A program made the translations under genes and the position numbers. A DNA stretch of 54,606 nucleotides, filler included, from Sluysia triapertura (taxonomy: Eukaryota): assembly GCA_046118255.1 (NCBI GenBank). It is 4 parts of 4 records of this genome, joined end to end, with 100 filler letters (N's around TTAATTAATTAA, not from the genome) between each part and the next. Parts side by side here need not be neighbours in the genome. Positions count along the whole stretch, not along the records: positions 17,353 to 32,389 come from JBJNIA010240660.1; positions 32,490 to 43,541 come from JBJNIA010189574.1; 2 more parts are not named here. The stretch is one strand, 5' to 3'. This document shows positions 23,335 to 35,736 of the stretch, piece after piece; position 1 is the first letter of the stretch, and each line of letters begins with the position of its first letter. The notes below the pieces were generated by a model. It saw nothing but the letters and a program-made list of their open reading frames with translations. It was not told the DNA's origin and ran no database searches.

Positions 23335-26300
23335 TTAAAGGGAAGGGAAATATTTATGCACTTAAACTACTTAAATATTTTTGGTATCTTAATGCGATAG
23401 TGACAAAATCATTTATAAAATTATAATTCATTCATTAGGTTTCCATCTAATAAGAGTACTTTCAAAATCGATCCTACATTGTTGAAAAACTAAAGTTACT
23501 TTTGTTAATATCACTTTGCATTAATAAAATTTAGGAGACTTGGTTATTTATTGGTTTCTATAGAATATTTATAACATAGATAAAGAATATATTTTTAATC
23601 GAAGAATAAAAGGACAAATGACTGTGAACAAGTGAATAATTAATTCATAAGGCTACACAATTAAGACTTAAAAAGTAATAAGTATAATAGAAGATAGAAG
23701 TAAAATCATATCTCATCAGAATATAAGTCGTATACTGTAGACGAACCCATAACAATAAAGTAATTTTGCATAAACCTAGTACATATAAAGCTGATAATAA
23801 TGTCATAATAATAATAAGAGTAACAATAATAATCAAAATAATATTCAATAATAATGTAAAAATTATGGTATTGGTTTATGTGTATAATGTCAACTATTCT
23901 CTACTTTAAGTAATTTTTAGCTACATGCATTCCTAGTGAGTGTCAATAATTATTTAATATTGCAAGTGTTTTGAAAGAAAGTTAACTTACGAAATATCTA
24001 AAAGTCAGTTCGCCTAATAAGCACGACTTAAATCTATAAAGATGCGTCCTATTAGGATCTGAAAATCGATCATGTAGTAATCTAGAATTCTGTCACATTC
24101 AATCTATTAAATCAGATGTAGTCAAAAATCAAACGTAGTAATCAGTTTACTAAGTTAAATGTGTGCTATTATTAGTTAAGAAGTTTGTATTTTAAGTTAG
24201 CCTTTTATGGTCTAAGAATTATTTTAAACGTTAAGCTGACCTTTTACGGTCTAGGAAATGGTGAAATATTTTTAAAGGTTATTATGGACAATAAAAGAAA
24301 AAACACAAAATAGGATTACGAGTTATATTTTAAAGTATTAAAGGATAATTATACAAAGCAGCGAGAAAATAAGAATAAAATTATTACAATAATAATTTAA
24401 ACTGTACTTAAATCGCTTTAGTGCATATGATTTTAATTTACAAATTGATCTAGCCTTTAAGGTCTAGATTGATTATCAATAAATTAAGTGTTATATCAAG
24501 TTACCATGAGAACGAAAAACTTATAAACAAATAATCTTACTTTCATGGAACTGTATGATTTTGATTGATTTTTTTCTTATTTTTATGTGAATATAGCTAC
24601 TAAAATTCACCATTTATATACTGAAATTTTCATCGCCATGTTGTTTATTATAATTTTCTTTTCACTGATTTGATAAAACAAAATATTCATTTTTTATTTC
24701 ATTTCAAATTTTATTTTTAGTTAATTTAATTTATAAAATTTTATATTTAGTTTATTTTATTAATTTAATTTACACAAGAAAAGTTTATTATAGTAATTAA
24801 TATAAATATTTAAAATAACATAAAACATTAATTTACACAATGAAACAAATTTGTAAAGTTTATAAAATAAAACAATAAAAACAAAATACCAAATAATTAA
24901 AGTTTTTACAAATAAGCAAAATTTAGATACTCAACAATTAAAAATTTAGATACTTATTTAGAAGTTTTACTCGATTTAAATATTTATCTTTCATGTCGCG
25001 AGTCTTATACTCGTCTCAGCTGTTCGAAATGGAAATGTTATAGACAATGTATCGTTTATTGTTAACAAAACTTCACTCGGGTTAAATTTTATTCTGTCAG
25101 GATTATATTTTCCTTTTACAAATCGTATCTAATAATCTCGGTATTTGGAGAAACTTTACTTTGCTTTATAAAAAGTTTCGGTTTATTTTCAACACTATAT
25201 CTCGTTTCACAAAATTTATCTTATTTCACAAAGATTTTATCTTACTTTATCATTTACAGCAATCGTAATTTTGTTTCGTGACAATCTTATAACTTTATTT
25301 TATTGTATGCTAACTTTATTATAATAGCTTTATGTATATCTATACAATTTTAACCTTCTATATGTAATTCTATCTTCAACCCTTTCTAAATTTTATAATA
25401 AAATTGAAGCATAATAATTTTGTTTATAAAACACTAATGAAAAACCGTACTATAAAAGTATAACTTTACTTAAACTTTCCTTATCAGCTTTAACTTGATG
25501 TAGCATAGTTAAATTAGAATTTTAATATTGATTTTGTGTTAATATTCGGACTAAGAAATCATACCACATAAATTTGTCCTTCTCAATCAATTCGACACCA
25601 AATTATTGAAGATACTTTGTCAAGGATTTTAATAACAAGATCACCGGTCGGGATACTTTATCGTCTAAATTTGTTCGATATCGAGTCTATCCAAATCGAT
25701 TCGACACTAAACTGATGAAGACATTTTGCCAAAAGTTTTAATAAGATTGTTGGCTGAAATATCTTTACCGAATAGTGAGTTAAAATTTAGGCAATAATTT
25801 GCTATAAAATTTTTTATGCTATGCTATATTGAAATTTCTAATAAATGAATAATTTTTAGTCCAAAATTAAACGGTAATTTAAAATTATGCAGCATAAATT
25901 GTACATAGTAAATTTAAATTTATTAGAATGAATATTAACTTTTAAATTTTGATTACTTATTCAATCATAATTTAAAGTGAATTTTGTCGATCATAGTACT
26001 TTTAGATTTTGATATTATATTACTTCTATCCACTCTGTCTAATTTTTAATTTAAAATGATTTTGTTCGAATATGTTTTTAAATTTCGATTACACATTATC
26101 TCTATTTAATCCTACTTTAACATGATTTTATTTTTAATCAACTTTAATAGTCGAGTTTAATGTTTATAAATTTTGATTTTATATTATTTATACAAAATTT
26201 TAATTGAAAATGATTATTTTTTAAACATTATGATCTTGATGGTTGTTATTAAATTATAATTATCAATTTAAATTAATAATTGTTATAGAACACAATTTAG

Positions 26301-28775
26301 AATTATGCTAGTGTTTAAACTACTTCGCCTACGGTTAACGGCTTATGATTTTATATGTATTTAAAGAGGGTCTAAAAATTTTTCTTTATAAATCGACTGT
26401 GGTTAAATGTATATGACTATTAAGAAGTTATTTTATCTTGTTTTTATTGAATTTTGTATATGTTATAGGGTTAGAATCTATCTATTATTATTCTTAATAA
26501 ATTTCGTCTTATATTTACTTCTTAGTCACTGTAAATGTTCCGATTCTTATCGTAAAAATTAACCTTCTTATTAAATGAATTAATACAACTCTATATTATT
26601 TTACTATAATTAATAATCGTAAAACAAATCCTCTTATTATATTCTTTATTCAACTTTGCTAATGATTATGCTCTTTCTTTTCTTTACCTTAATTAATTTT
26701 TTATTCAATAATTCTATAGATTTCTTCACTATTTTATGGTAATTACTAACTATTCTCTAGCTTCAAATTTATCAATATAATAAACAAAATTGGAAGTCTC
26801 GAAGTGATAAAATGATATAAGTAACTTCACAAAAATGGCTGAAATAAATATATAGTAGATTATTATTAGACAAAGCAACGTTCTAATATTTTTTACTAAG
26901 TTTTACAAATAAATTATCTCTAACTAAAATTAGAGATTCTTATTATTCAATAGTTTAAGTCGGTACTTTATGTCTTAAAAAACCAAGGCAAATCCTACAA
27001 TTAAAAATTTACAAAATTTTTATATTAAAAATGAATTGTTATGAATCAAGTCTGGTCACTCTGATGAATTGTCAACCAAGATCACGTCAAAGTTGAGTTA
27101 TACGAGGAGCCACGTAAAACTTAAAATTGAAATCACCAACTAATGAGTAACGTAAAATCCCTAATTGTTTAATCACGTTCCAAAATATAAAACAACGTAC
27201 TAAATTATCAAAAACCAGAATCGTAAAATAACGACTAACATCGTTGTAAGTGTTTTGTATTTAGTCTTAGCCTTTTATATAAATTCAGTAGTTGAAATTA
27301 ATTAATATTAAGTGATTTTCATTTGCTTAAAAATCTCTTTATTTATTAACTAAGTAAGTTTTCTATTAAATTCTGTTTTTTTCACTTAGGAAATTCGAGT
27401 ATTTATTTTTCATTATATTAAGCGTTTTTATTCATTTAATGTTTATTTATTTTTCAGGTACTTTACTGAGGTTAGTTGCTTTTAAATGTAATTATAATTA
27501 TTATAATTTTCTATAATTTCAGATGCAAATAACCAAGTCAGATACCTCATCATTATAACAGTTAACAAATTTAATAAAATAGTTCAACATGAACATTTTA
27601 AATAATAAATGAAAATAATTGATGATAATAAATAAATAATTGTATGATTTTCTTATTTTAATTAGGGAACGTCTAAAATGCAACCTATAACCTCCATGTC
27701 GATTTATTCAAATAAATAATTTTTTGTCAAGGTGTCATGCCCATGTTTTAATGGTTATACAAGCGTTTTGAAAAACACTTTCATAACAATACACAATTTT
27801 GCAAAAGACAATTTATTGTGACATTTTACAAAACAATTTTTAACGACATTGTGGTGACCAACCTTCACAACCATTAAAATTTTATTTAAAAAAACGAATA
27901 TATTTTTTTACACTCTAACACTCACACATTTATTTCTAATATTCCTACAAAACAGTTTATCCACTAAAACTAATTTATACTCACAATTCCACAACATAAA
28001 AACCACAATTTCATCCAACATTACCAATTACACTAACTAATCCACCAAAAACTTATACTCGACATTCATAATAATCAAACAACAAACACATTCGAGATTA
28101 TCCATTCAATACTTTCGAATTCTTCATTTTACACTTCATAACCAATAGCAACACAAATGACAACATCACTAAAAACAACAAATAAACAAATATCATAAAA
28201 CACTGCACAATAATACTTTAAATATAACAACAGTTGTATTGTACTTGTCTTTTTACGTTTACCAAATCACAATCTTCTCAATAGGTCTTTTATCCACGAT
28301 CTTCCAATACTTAAATGTCGTTTTCAATTATAAACTTTAATCACCATCTAAGAACTCATTCTAACATTCTCTATTTCATTTCACGACTTAAATCAATTAT
28401 CATATCTTGAAACGTTAACTACACTTATCAATTCATTCAAAGCAATTTCTACTCAGAAACTTTAGTTCCAAACACATTTTAAATTTATTGCAATATGTCA
28501 AGAAATATTGAAGAATTAAAGGAAGATTGTGTACAGTTTTAAAGAATTCAAATTTATGCAATACAATAACAATAACTTGAACATCATGCATCTTGTTATT
28601 GCATTCAAATTTATCAATTTTTATTTCATTTTTATTTATATATTCATGTGAGATCATTGTAACAAGTTTATGTATTTTACTTTCTTTTCTTTGTTAATAA
28701 TAACAATATTGTTATTGTTATTATTATTATCAAATTATTAAATTATTTATTAATTAAATTTTTATAAAATAGAAC

Positions 28776-28944
28776 CGGTGTTGACATTGCTCATCACAAT
28801 CATTATTATGTCAACACTGATGATGGCCAGTCACTCGTCAGTACTACTTTAATAATTAAAATTTCATTTACATTGCTGTCATCCAATCGGAATTGATTGC
28901 ATTAATCTACACTTACCAGAATTCTGATTGGATGACTGACCAAT
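28776..28944 (+). promoter_or_regulatory. Double inverted-repeat module, copy 2
   Basis: Stems 28776-28787/28808-28819 and 28878-28894/28920-28936 (17 bp, one G.T), upstream of the 29095 ORF. Confidence 0.5.
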
Positions 28945-29094
28945 AAACATGTTCTAAAAAAGAATTAACATAATTTTAATTGTGCGAATTAAAGACACTT
29001 TTAATAATATTACGGAGTTATTACTACTACTACCGGCAATAATCAATTTTAGCTACATTTAAACAATAAAAATTATTGGATATTAATTTTAAGA

Positions 29095-30544
29095 TTGATG
29101 ATCCTGATGATAATTAAACAAACAATAAAATTCCTTTACGATCAGTTTCAAATTGTTAGTCACATCACAGTTTTATCTTGGAACGAGTTTCCGAAAGACA
29201 ATTCAACCTTAAAGTTCCTAGTAACGTTTTATCTGAATGAAAATGATGATATTATGATTGAGTCCTCATTAATAAATCAACAATGGCAACAATTGAGAAT
29301 TACCTATGATATTACTGTTGTTAATTCGTTATATTCATTATCAAGTACTATTTCAAGGTTATGCAAAAGTTTGGTACCTACTTTAAGCTTAAAGTTATAC
29401 GATTCAGCTCTATGGTATAGATTAAAACCTGTCGAACGAAACTAAATCAATAAATGCAATCGATGTTAGATTACAAAATTATTTAGTAATATATCATGTA
29501 CAAATAAAATGCTTTATAGATTTCATCATTTTACCTATAATTTTCAAAGAGTCCGGTTTAGAATTACCGTTATTTTTAGTAAATGAGGATCCTAAATTTA
29601 ATAAATTAAAGTTTATTTTGGTTCGAATTAGATATACGATTCAGAAGGGCGTTGTTTCTAATAGTTTATATGATTTGATTTATTCAGTTAAATTGACCAA
29701 AATGATTCAACAAAATAAAGCCATTTGTATAGTTGATATTCGAACTAGTATAACTGAGGAAAGTATTCCGGATCTCTTAGCTAATCTTATTTTAAATTTT
29801 ATGGTAAATGTTAATCTTCACGATCCTACATTCGACTTAATTATTTTACGATCAAATTTCAAATTTGAAATACGTTGTCTTGTTCGAGTTAAATTAGTTC
29901 ACACAGATATGCGTCATGTCCTAAGAAGAAGATCCAACGATGCCAAACTTCTTCAAAATGGAGACGATGATGACTATGGTGAAGCGACATTTCTAGTAAA
30001 TTTTTCTTGTTCATTTGTTTATTTAAGTATTTTATCTTTTTTAGACAATAATTCCAGTGCAAGGCCTATTAAAATACAGCAGGATGCAGTCATAAAAATA
30101 ATAGATTTAAACTTAGTATTAGATAAAAATTTGAGAATTACTTATTCTTATTTTAACTCGGTGTATAAATTAATAAAAATTTGTTTTTGTGTGTTTTATA
30201 AATATTTTATCGATGATATATTAAGAAACAATTTTAATTTTCAAAGAAATTTTTACGAAATAAGAAGTCCCACGAATTACGAACTTTCGTGTTCACAAAC
30301 ACTCAATGATAAATTTATTAACATTAACCTCATCAAATTTCAGTGTTACAATTTTATATCGAATAATAAACTCATATCATACAAGTGTAAGGACCCTAAC
30401 ATAACTCTTTTAATTTACTATACAATTTCAACAAATCGTTATTCGGCCATTGAACCAATCTTCCTAAATTGGTATCAAGAGTACAAAATAATTTTACCAA
30501 AGCTTTATAATTTATACTCTATTAAAATTAGTACTCTGAAATGA
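29095..30544 (+). CDS. Orphan ORFs (116 aa + 308 aa), probably one disrupted lineage-specific gene
   Basis: A 308-codon stop-free frame is unlikely by chance in DNA this AT-rich. No family motif recognised. It lies directly downstream of the double-hairpin module. Confidence 0.5.
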
Positions 30545-30656
30545 ACCATATTTGAACCAAGAACACATTAAACGTTTTTAAAAATGGAACGAATTAGCAA
30601 ATTTCTTTACATAGAAATAAGAATAATTGTTAAAGTTAAATATTTTTAATTTTAAC

Positions 30657-30721
<65 letters not shown>

Positions 30722-30897
30722 TAACTTATATTGCACTCATATCTACTGCGAAAGTACTCAAAAGCGCTTAAGGTAAACAAAGCAAAGAACTTTGCCTTTT
30801 TCTTAAATATTTCATAATTTTCCAGCAGTTTGACATTCTCTGGTAACCGGTTTGTATATTTTTGAAACAAACAGTATACACAACCTATCACCTAGTT
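30657..30897 (-). mobile_element. 3' fragment of an L2/CR1-group LINE with (TAT)n tail
   Basis: Minus strand encodes GDRLCILFVSKI / NRLPENVKLLENYEIFKKKAKFF, similar to the L2 ORF2 end GDRAFSV..P.LWN.LP.......FK..LK. It is followed by the L2-type 3' UTR AAGCGCTTTTGAG...GAGTGCAATATAAG and about 20 TAT units. Confidence 0.75.
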
Positions 30898-31147
30898 TGT
30901 TATGAAAACAAAAAATAAAAATCAAATATTTTTAAAGTAATTTCACCTTTATATTATTTAATAATTGAAATAATTGTCAGATGTTTTAAGTTGATTAGGA
31001 TTTTTATACGTTATAATGATTGCGTCATTTTTTACAAGTTGATGAATAGTTTTCAAATTGATGAATACGAAAATAAGACCCTTGCTGAAATTACGAATTT
31101 AAATTTCTTTAAGTTATATATTTACTTTCAAAATATTAAATACTTAC

Positions 31148-31678
31148 CGATTGGATCAGTAAATGTAAAATTATTTGGTGGAACCATCATTTCCTTCGGC
31201 AATGTATTTGGCAGTTCTACTCCCTCTAGACAACGTTTTATTAAATGCATGGCAATTGAAAACTCATGAAAATTCATTTTACCATCTTTATCTAAGTCAG
31301 CTAGATTCCTGATTAAAAGACAAATTAAGAAAATTTTAATTTAAATAAATATTTAATTAATTAATCGTTCAATTAAAAACAAAATTATACTATTTAATTT
31401 ATACAAAATTAAAAACATTTTAATAAACATTTCAAAAACAAACCAAATTTGACACAATATTACAGTGGGTAATTTCGATTGCACAAAATAATTCTTAGCT
31501 TGTTGACCTATAAAATATTTCAGAATGTAAAAACAATTACCTGTAATAAATCCATTAGTTGGCTTAATATCATCAAATTGCTTCCACCTTTGACTATATT
31601 CTTCCGATGATATGCTCCAGATAGTATTACATCCTACAAATGTGAAGCAATTAAATGAAAAATATAAGTACCGATCAT
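31148..31678 (-). CDS. ITSN: Intersectin/Dap160-like protein, 5' coding exons encoding the first EH domain (partial gene)
   Basis: Exons 31678-31672, 31633-31541, 31507-31444 and 31308-31148, joined at canonical GT-AG introns (38, 33 and 135 nt), translate to [99 protein letters not shown]. This matches the intersectin EH1 pattern (W.I..EE...F..LKP..GFITG.QA...F.QS.LP...L.QIW.LAD...DG.M...EFSIAM.LI). A further GTAAGT donor follows at 31147. Confidence 0.88.
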
Positions 31679-32389
31679 ATTTGAGCAAAAATAATAAATA
31701 ATTATGTTTATAAATTATCATAAATATTTTAAATGTCACTAATCTAAAATAAAATTATTTAGATTTTTTAAACAATAAAAAAAATGATAGCCAAATAGTA
31801 ACTACAAATTAATTTAATCATTAATATACATGGATACCCGTAGAATTTTATTTTAAGATATGATGTTTAAAATCCTTTGTGCTTTTCATCAAGGATGAAG
31901 GTATTTAAAAATATAGATGTATTAAACTAAATGCTGCATTAACTACTTAAATTTACAAATATAGAAATGATATTTTAAAGAAATATTAATGTATTAAATA
32001 ATTACAAAACAAATAATTTTTGAACTAAATATTACAACAAACAATTAAAGGCCACTAATTAAATTATAACATACAATAATTCATTTACTATTACTTTAAA
32101 ATAATCTAAAATATCTACAACACAGCAAATAGTTTTATCTGGTTTATACATTTTATACATTATAAGAACATTTATATGTATATATTTTAATAATAATAAT
32201 AAATAATATTATTATCATTATTATTAATGTGATAATTTAATTATTTAATTTGTAAAGTTAAAAATTTGTAAAGTTAGTTAAATTAGTAAAGTTAAAAAAT
32301 TTGTAATGTTAAAGTTATAAATATTGTAAACAATCAAAAGTCCAGTTTTAGTCCAGTTTTCAAATAAATATTTAGAAAATTTTCAAATA

Positions 32390-32489
32390 NNNNNNNNNNN
32401 NNNNNNNNNNNNNNNNNNNNNNNNNNNNNNNNNTTAATTAATTAANNNNNNNNNNNNNNNNNNNNNNNNNNNNNNNNNNNNNNNNNNNN
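32390..32489. other. Artificial contig-joining spacer
   Basis: 44 N + TTAATTAATTAA + 44 N. Confidence 0.95.
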
Positions 32490-32889
32490 ATTCCGAATAA
32501 ATAGTCATCTTTTGTATATAAATAAGTCATGACCTTCGATGTTAAATTATAATTTTCATTAGTTTTTCTTTATTCAATTTCGTTGACACTTTAAACATTT
32601 TATAATATCAAATACATTCCACGGTTAATATTTCTACACGTTACTAAACCAGTTAGATCAAAAATTCCTATTATATCTACAAAATTTATTTCTGTATTAT
32701 GATTTATATTTATATTTGAAATTCAAAAACGATAAGAGACTTCAACTTTTTCTATCTATCAAAATCTATTAAATTATTTTTTCAAATTTTTTGAGCGCAT
32801 CCATTTTAACTTTTTGACATTTCTTTTTACTGTCTTTAGTGTATTTTTATTATTTTTATAACTACTAGTGACACTGCACAATTAATCGT

Positions 32890-33107
32890 GATTGGGTGTC
32901 CAATAAAAACGACAAATGATGATGTAGAAAAATAGCAATGATTGGACGTCCAATCAATCAAAATAATTGCTGATTGTGTTGTGTACATAGTAGTGATTGG
33001 ATGGCCAATTGTATTTGCTATCACCTCATCCAATTACAATTGATAGTAACCGTCAGTAATGACAGTAAATAATCCAAACAAATCGAAAAACTGTCATTGC
33101 TGACAGT
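32890..33107 (-). promoter_or_regulatory. Double inverted-repeat module, copy 3 (reverse orientation)
   Basis: Stem 33052-33066/33090-33104 plus three GATTGGNNGNCCAAT palindromes (32890, 32940, 32995). It faces AAAATGGATGCG at 32804 on the minus strand. Confidence 0.5.
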
Positions 33108-33965
33108 GTGAATAATGGTAGAAACCACAAAACATGTTAATGATTTGAATTTTAAATGAAAATGCTGGCCACCACATAGTTATATTTTAATGACATAGTT
33201 ATATTATAGCAATCAATTTAGCCAGTTTTATTTTATGCTATTAAATTAAATTTCAATGTCGAGATATCTAGACACACTAAGACTGAGACAATCTTAACTA
33301 AATGAATATGTCGAGGACATTTTATTTTTTATATATGTCGTGATTTATGCATGTCAAGGTGATGTTATAGTTTTATATTTTGATATTTATATTTTAATGT
33401 TTCGTATTATTCATTATATTTAGAAAATTTAAACAATTTAAGATAACGAAAATTAAATTATAATAAAATTAAATTAATAATAAAACTGATAAAAAACTTA
33501 AAAAATCATATTAAGAAAGTATTATTGATAATAATATTATTAATAATCAAATAGTACTTAAATAAGTACCAATATTAGTAATACGAGACATTTTTAAGAT
33601 CATTAACATTATTACGTCCTTTAGGCCAATATAATAGATATTGTATAAAAAATAGTTTCAGAAACTTACTAAAGCTCATAATTATTGAACACAGATATTT
33701 ATAAGTTTTATTCAGTAGTTATTTAAAAGTTTTATTATAAACAATTATCGTGTAATTTTTAAATTTCTTTGATTTAAATCCTTGATTTATTCAAGCAGCT
33801 AATTTGTCAAACCAGTGATTTATTTTTCTGTGGATCAAAATTAATTTTCACTACATAGTCGTTCGTTATTTAAATTATAAGTTAAAAACTATTTACATGC
33901 AGAAATATTTCACTTAAAATTGTAAAAAACTTTTCTTAAAATCCCATTAATCTTACTGAACTCTG

Positions 33966-34030
<65 letters not shown>

Positions 34031-34327
34031 ATAATAACTTAGTAAGAAATTATTATAAGTCTTAGTAACTCTTGAATATCACTTTTATATCGTAAATTTA
34101 AAGAAATCGTTAATATAATTGTCATATTATTATACATTATTGTTAGATTAATATAAACTTTTTGATTGTTGTATTATTTTAATAAAATTATAGATTTTTC
34201 AAATTTTATATTATTATTTCATTATTTTGATAGAATTATAACAAGAAAGAATTAAAAACTTTATTTAACACTGTCATTAAAAATCTAATTACTCGCAATT
34301 TGTTCTAAAAATTATTTGCTTAATTAA

Positions 34328-34482
34328 CACATTAAAGGCGGGAGCCGTATTAGTGCGGTTTGTAACCACATTGCGTAATCCATACGCCACTTTACATTTG
34401 TATTTAGTATGTTTTGCGGTTTGAAGTTGTTCGGTTGCTCAAATTCTACTTACAGTAAATATCATCCCCCGTCTTTAATGTC
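34328..34482. mobile_element. TTAA-specific (piggyBac-like) MITE, 155 bp
   Basis: TTAA-CACATTAAAGGCGGGA ... TCCCCCGTCTTTAATGTC-TTAA: imperfect TIRs with TTAA on both sides. Confidence 0.65.
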
Positions 34483-35150
34483 TTAATTAATAATTAATTA
34501 AAGTTAAATATAATTTTTCCCAATTCTTTTAATGTGGATCGCAGATAAAATACATTAATTTAAATAGCTTTAATCTATTTGAATTTTTCGGTTTTTAATA
34601 CCGAAAACGTATCATTTTGCATAGATCTCGTTTAAAGGAGATCGAAAATAAAACCATTTAAGTGAAACTTAAATCAATTGTAAAAGCTTGTAAATCCACT
34701 ATTCACTCAATCCACCTAGCCTTGTAATAGTAGTAGATTTAGCACAACCATTATGAACAATAAAATTCGATTTGATATAGCTTTTAATCAATCGACCTCC
34801 AATATTTTACTTTAAGATAAAATTTTTCCAAAACTTAAAATCTTACGAACCAGACCTTTATTTTGTAAGTCCAGGATCGCAGACGGACTCGTAACATTTC
34901 AAATCATTCATTGCTAAGTTAAGTTTGAGTTAAGCACTTTCTTTATCACAAAACCCTACCAAATACAATCATAAACTTTTATTTGTCTTTATTTCTCTTT
35001 TATTAGTAATCTATTCTCATTGGTTTACTCATACTTACTCTGATATAGTTATATAGATATATATACAATGAAATATGAATTGGCACTGAGGTAGCCAATT
35101 ATATTAATGTTCAGATAAGCAACCATAGTGACATTTTATTGAAATCAAAA

Positions 35151-35202
<52 letters not shown>

Positions 35203-35666
35203 ATCATTATTTAAATTTATCTTATACTGTTATTACTGTTAGTTTTATTATTTAGAATTTAAAAAAGGAAAAAAAGCATGCATAAACTGAATTCTGTTGT
35301 CATTACACTATCTATTATAATCTTACTAATCAGCATATTATATACGAAACGTACTGAAATAAAAATATACGTCTTTTGTGTGGTCATCAGAGTTTGTTAA
35401 ACGTCTATCTCATCCACATTTGGTAGAATTCAATAAATTTCTGAATCAATCTTTGAAGTCTGCGCAATGTTTTGAGAAATTATTGAATTTATTATTTAAT
35501 CATTTATAATCTTAACTTTTTGAATTATACATAAAATAATATCCCAGCATGATTTGATGAGCTAGATCGACTATAATGCTGTTTTCGTCCATGAGATCTT
35601 AAGTTGGTTTAGTTTGAATATAACAATACTTTGTCATAATTGCATATCCAAAAACACTATCAACCG

Positions 35667-35736
<70 letters not shown>

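Noticed and set aside
25708-25742. CTGATGA-AGACATTTTGCC-AAAA as a hammerhead ribozyme (also GACGTTTCGTACA at ~35885 and ~45398)
   Set aside because: The first lacks the invariant GAAA and a proper stem II; the others have CGAAAC on the minus strand but no CUGANGA upstream.
31353-31739. 128-aa ORF as a stand-alone CDS (and 30991-31269 on +)
   Set aside because: The first reads through introns of the intersectin-like gene; the + strand ORF overlaps exon 4 in antisense.
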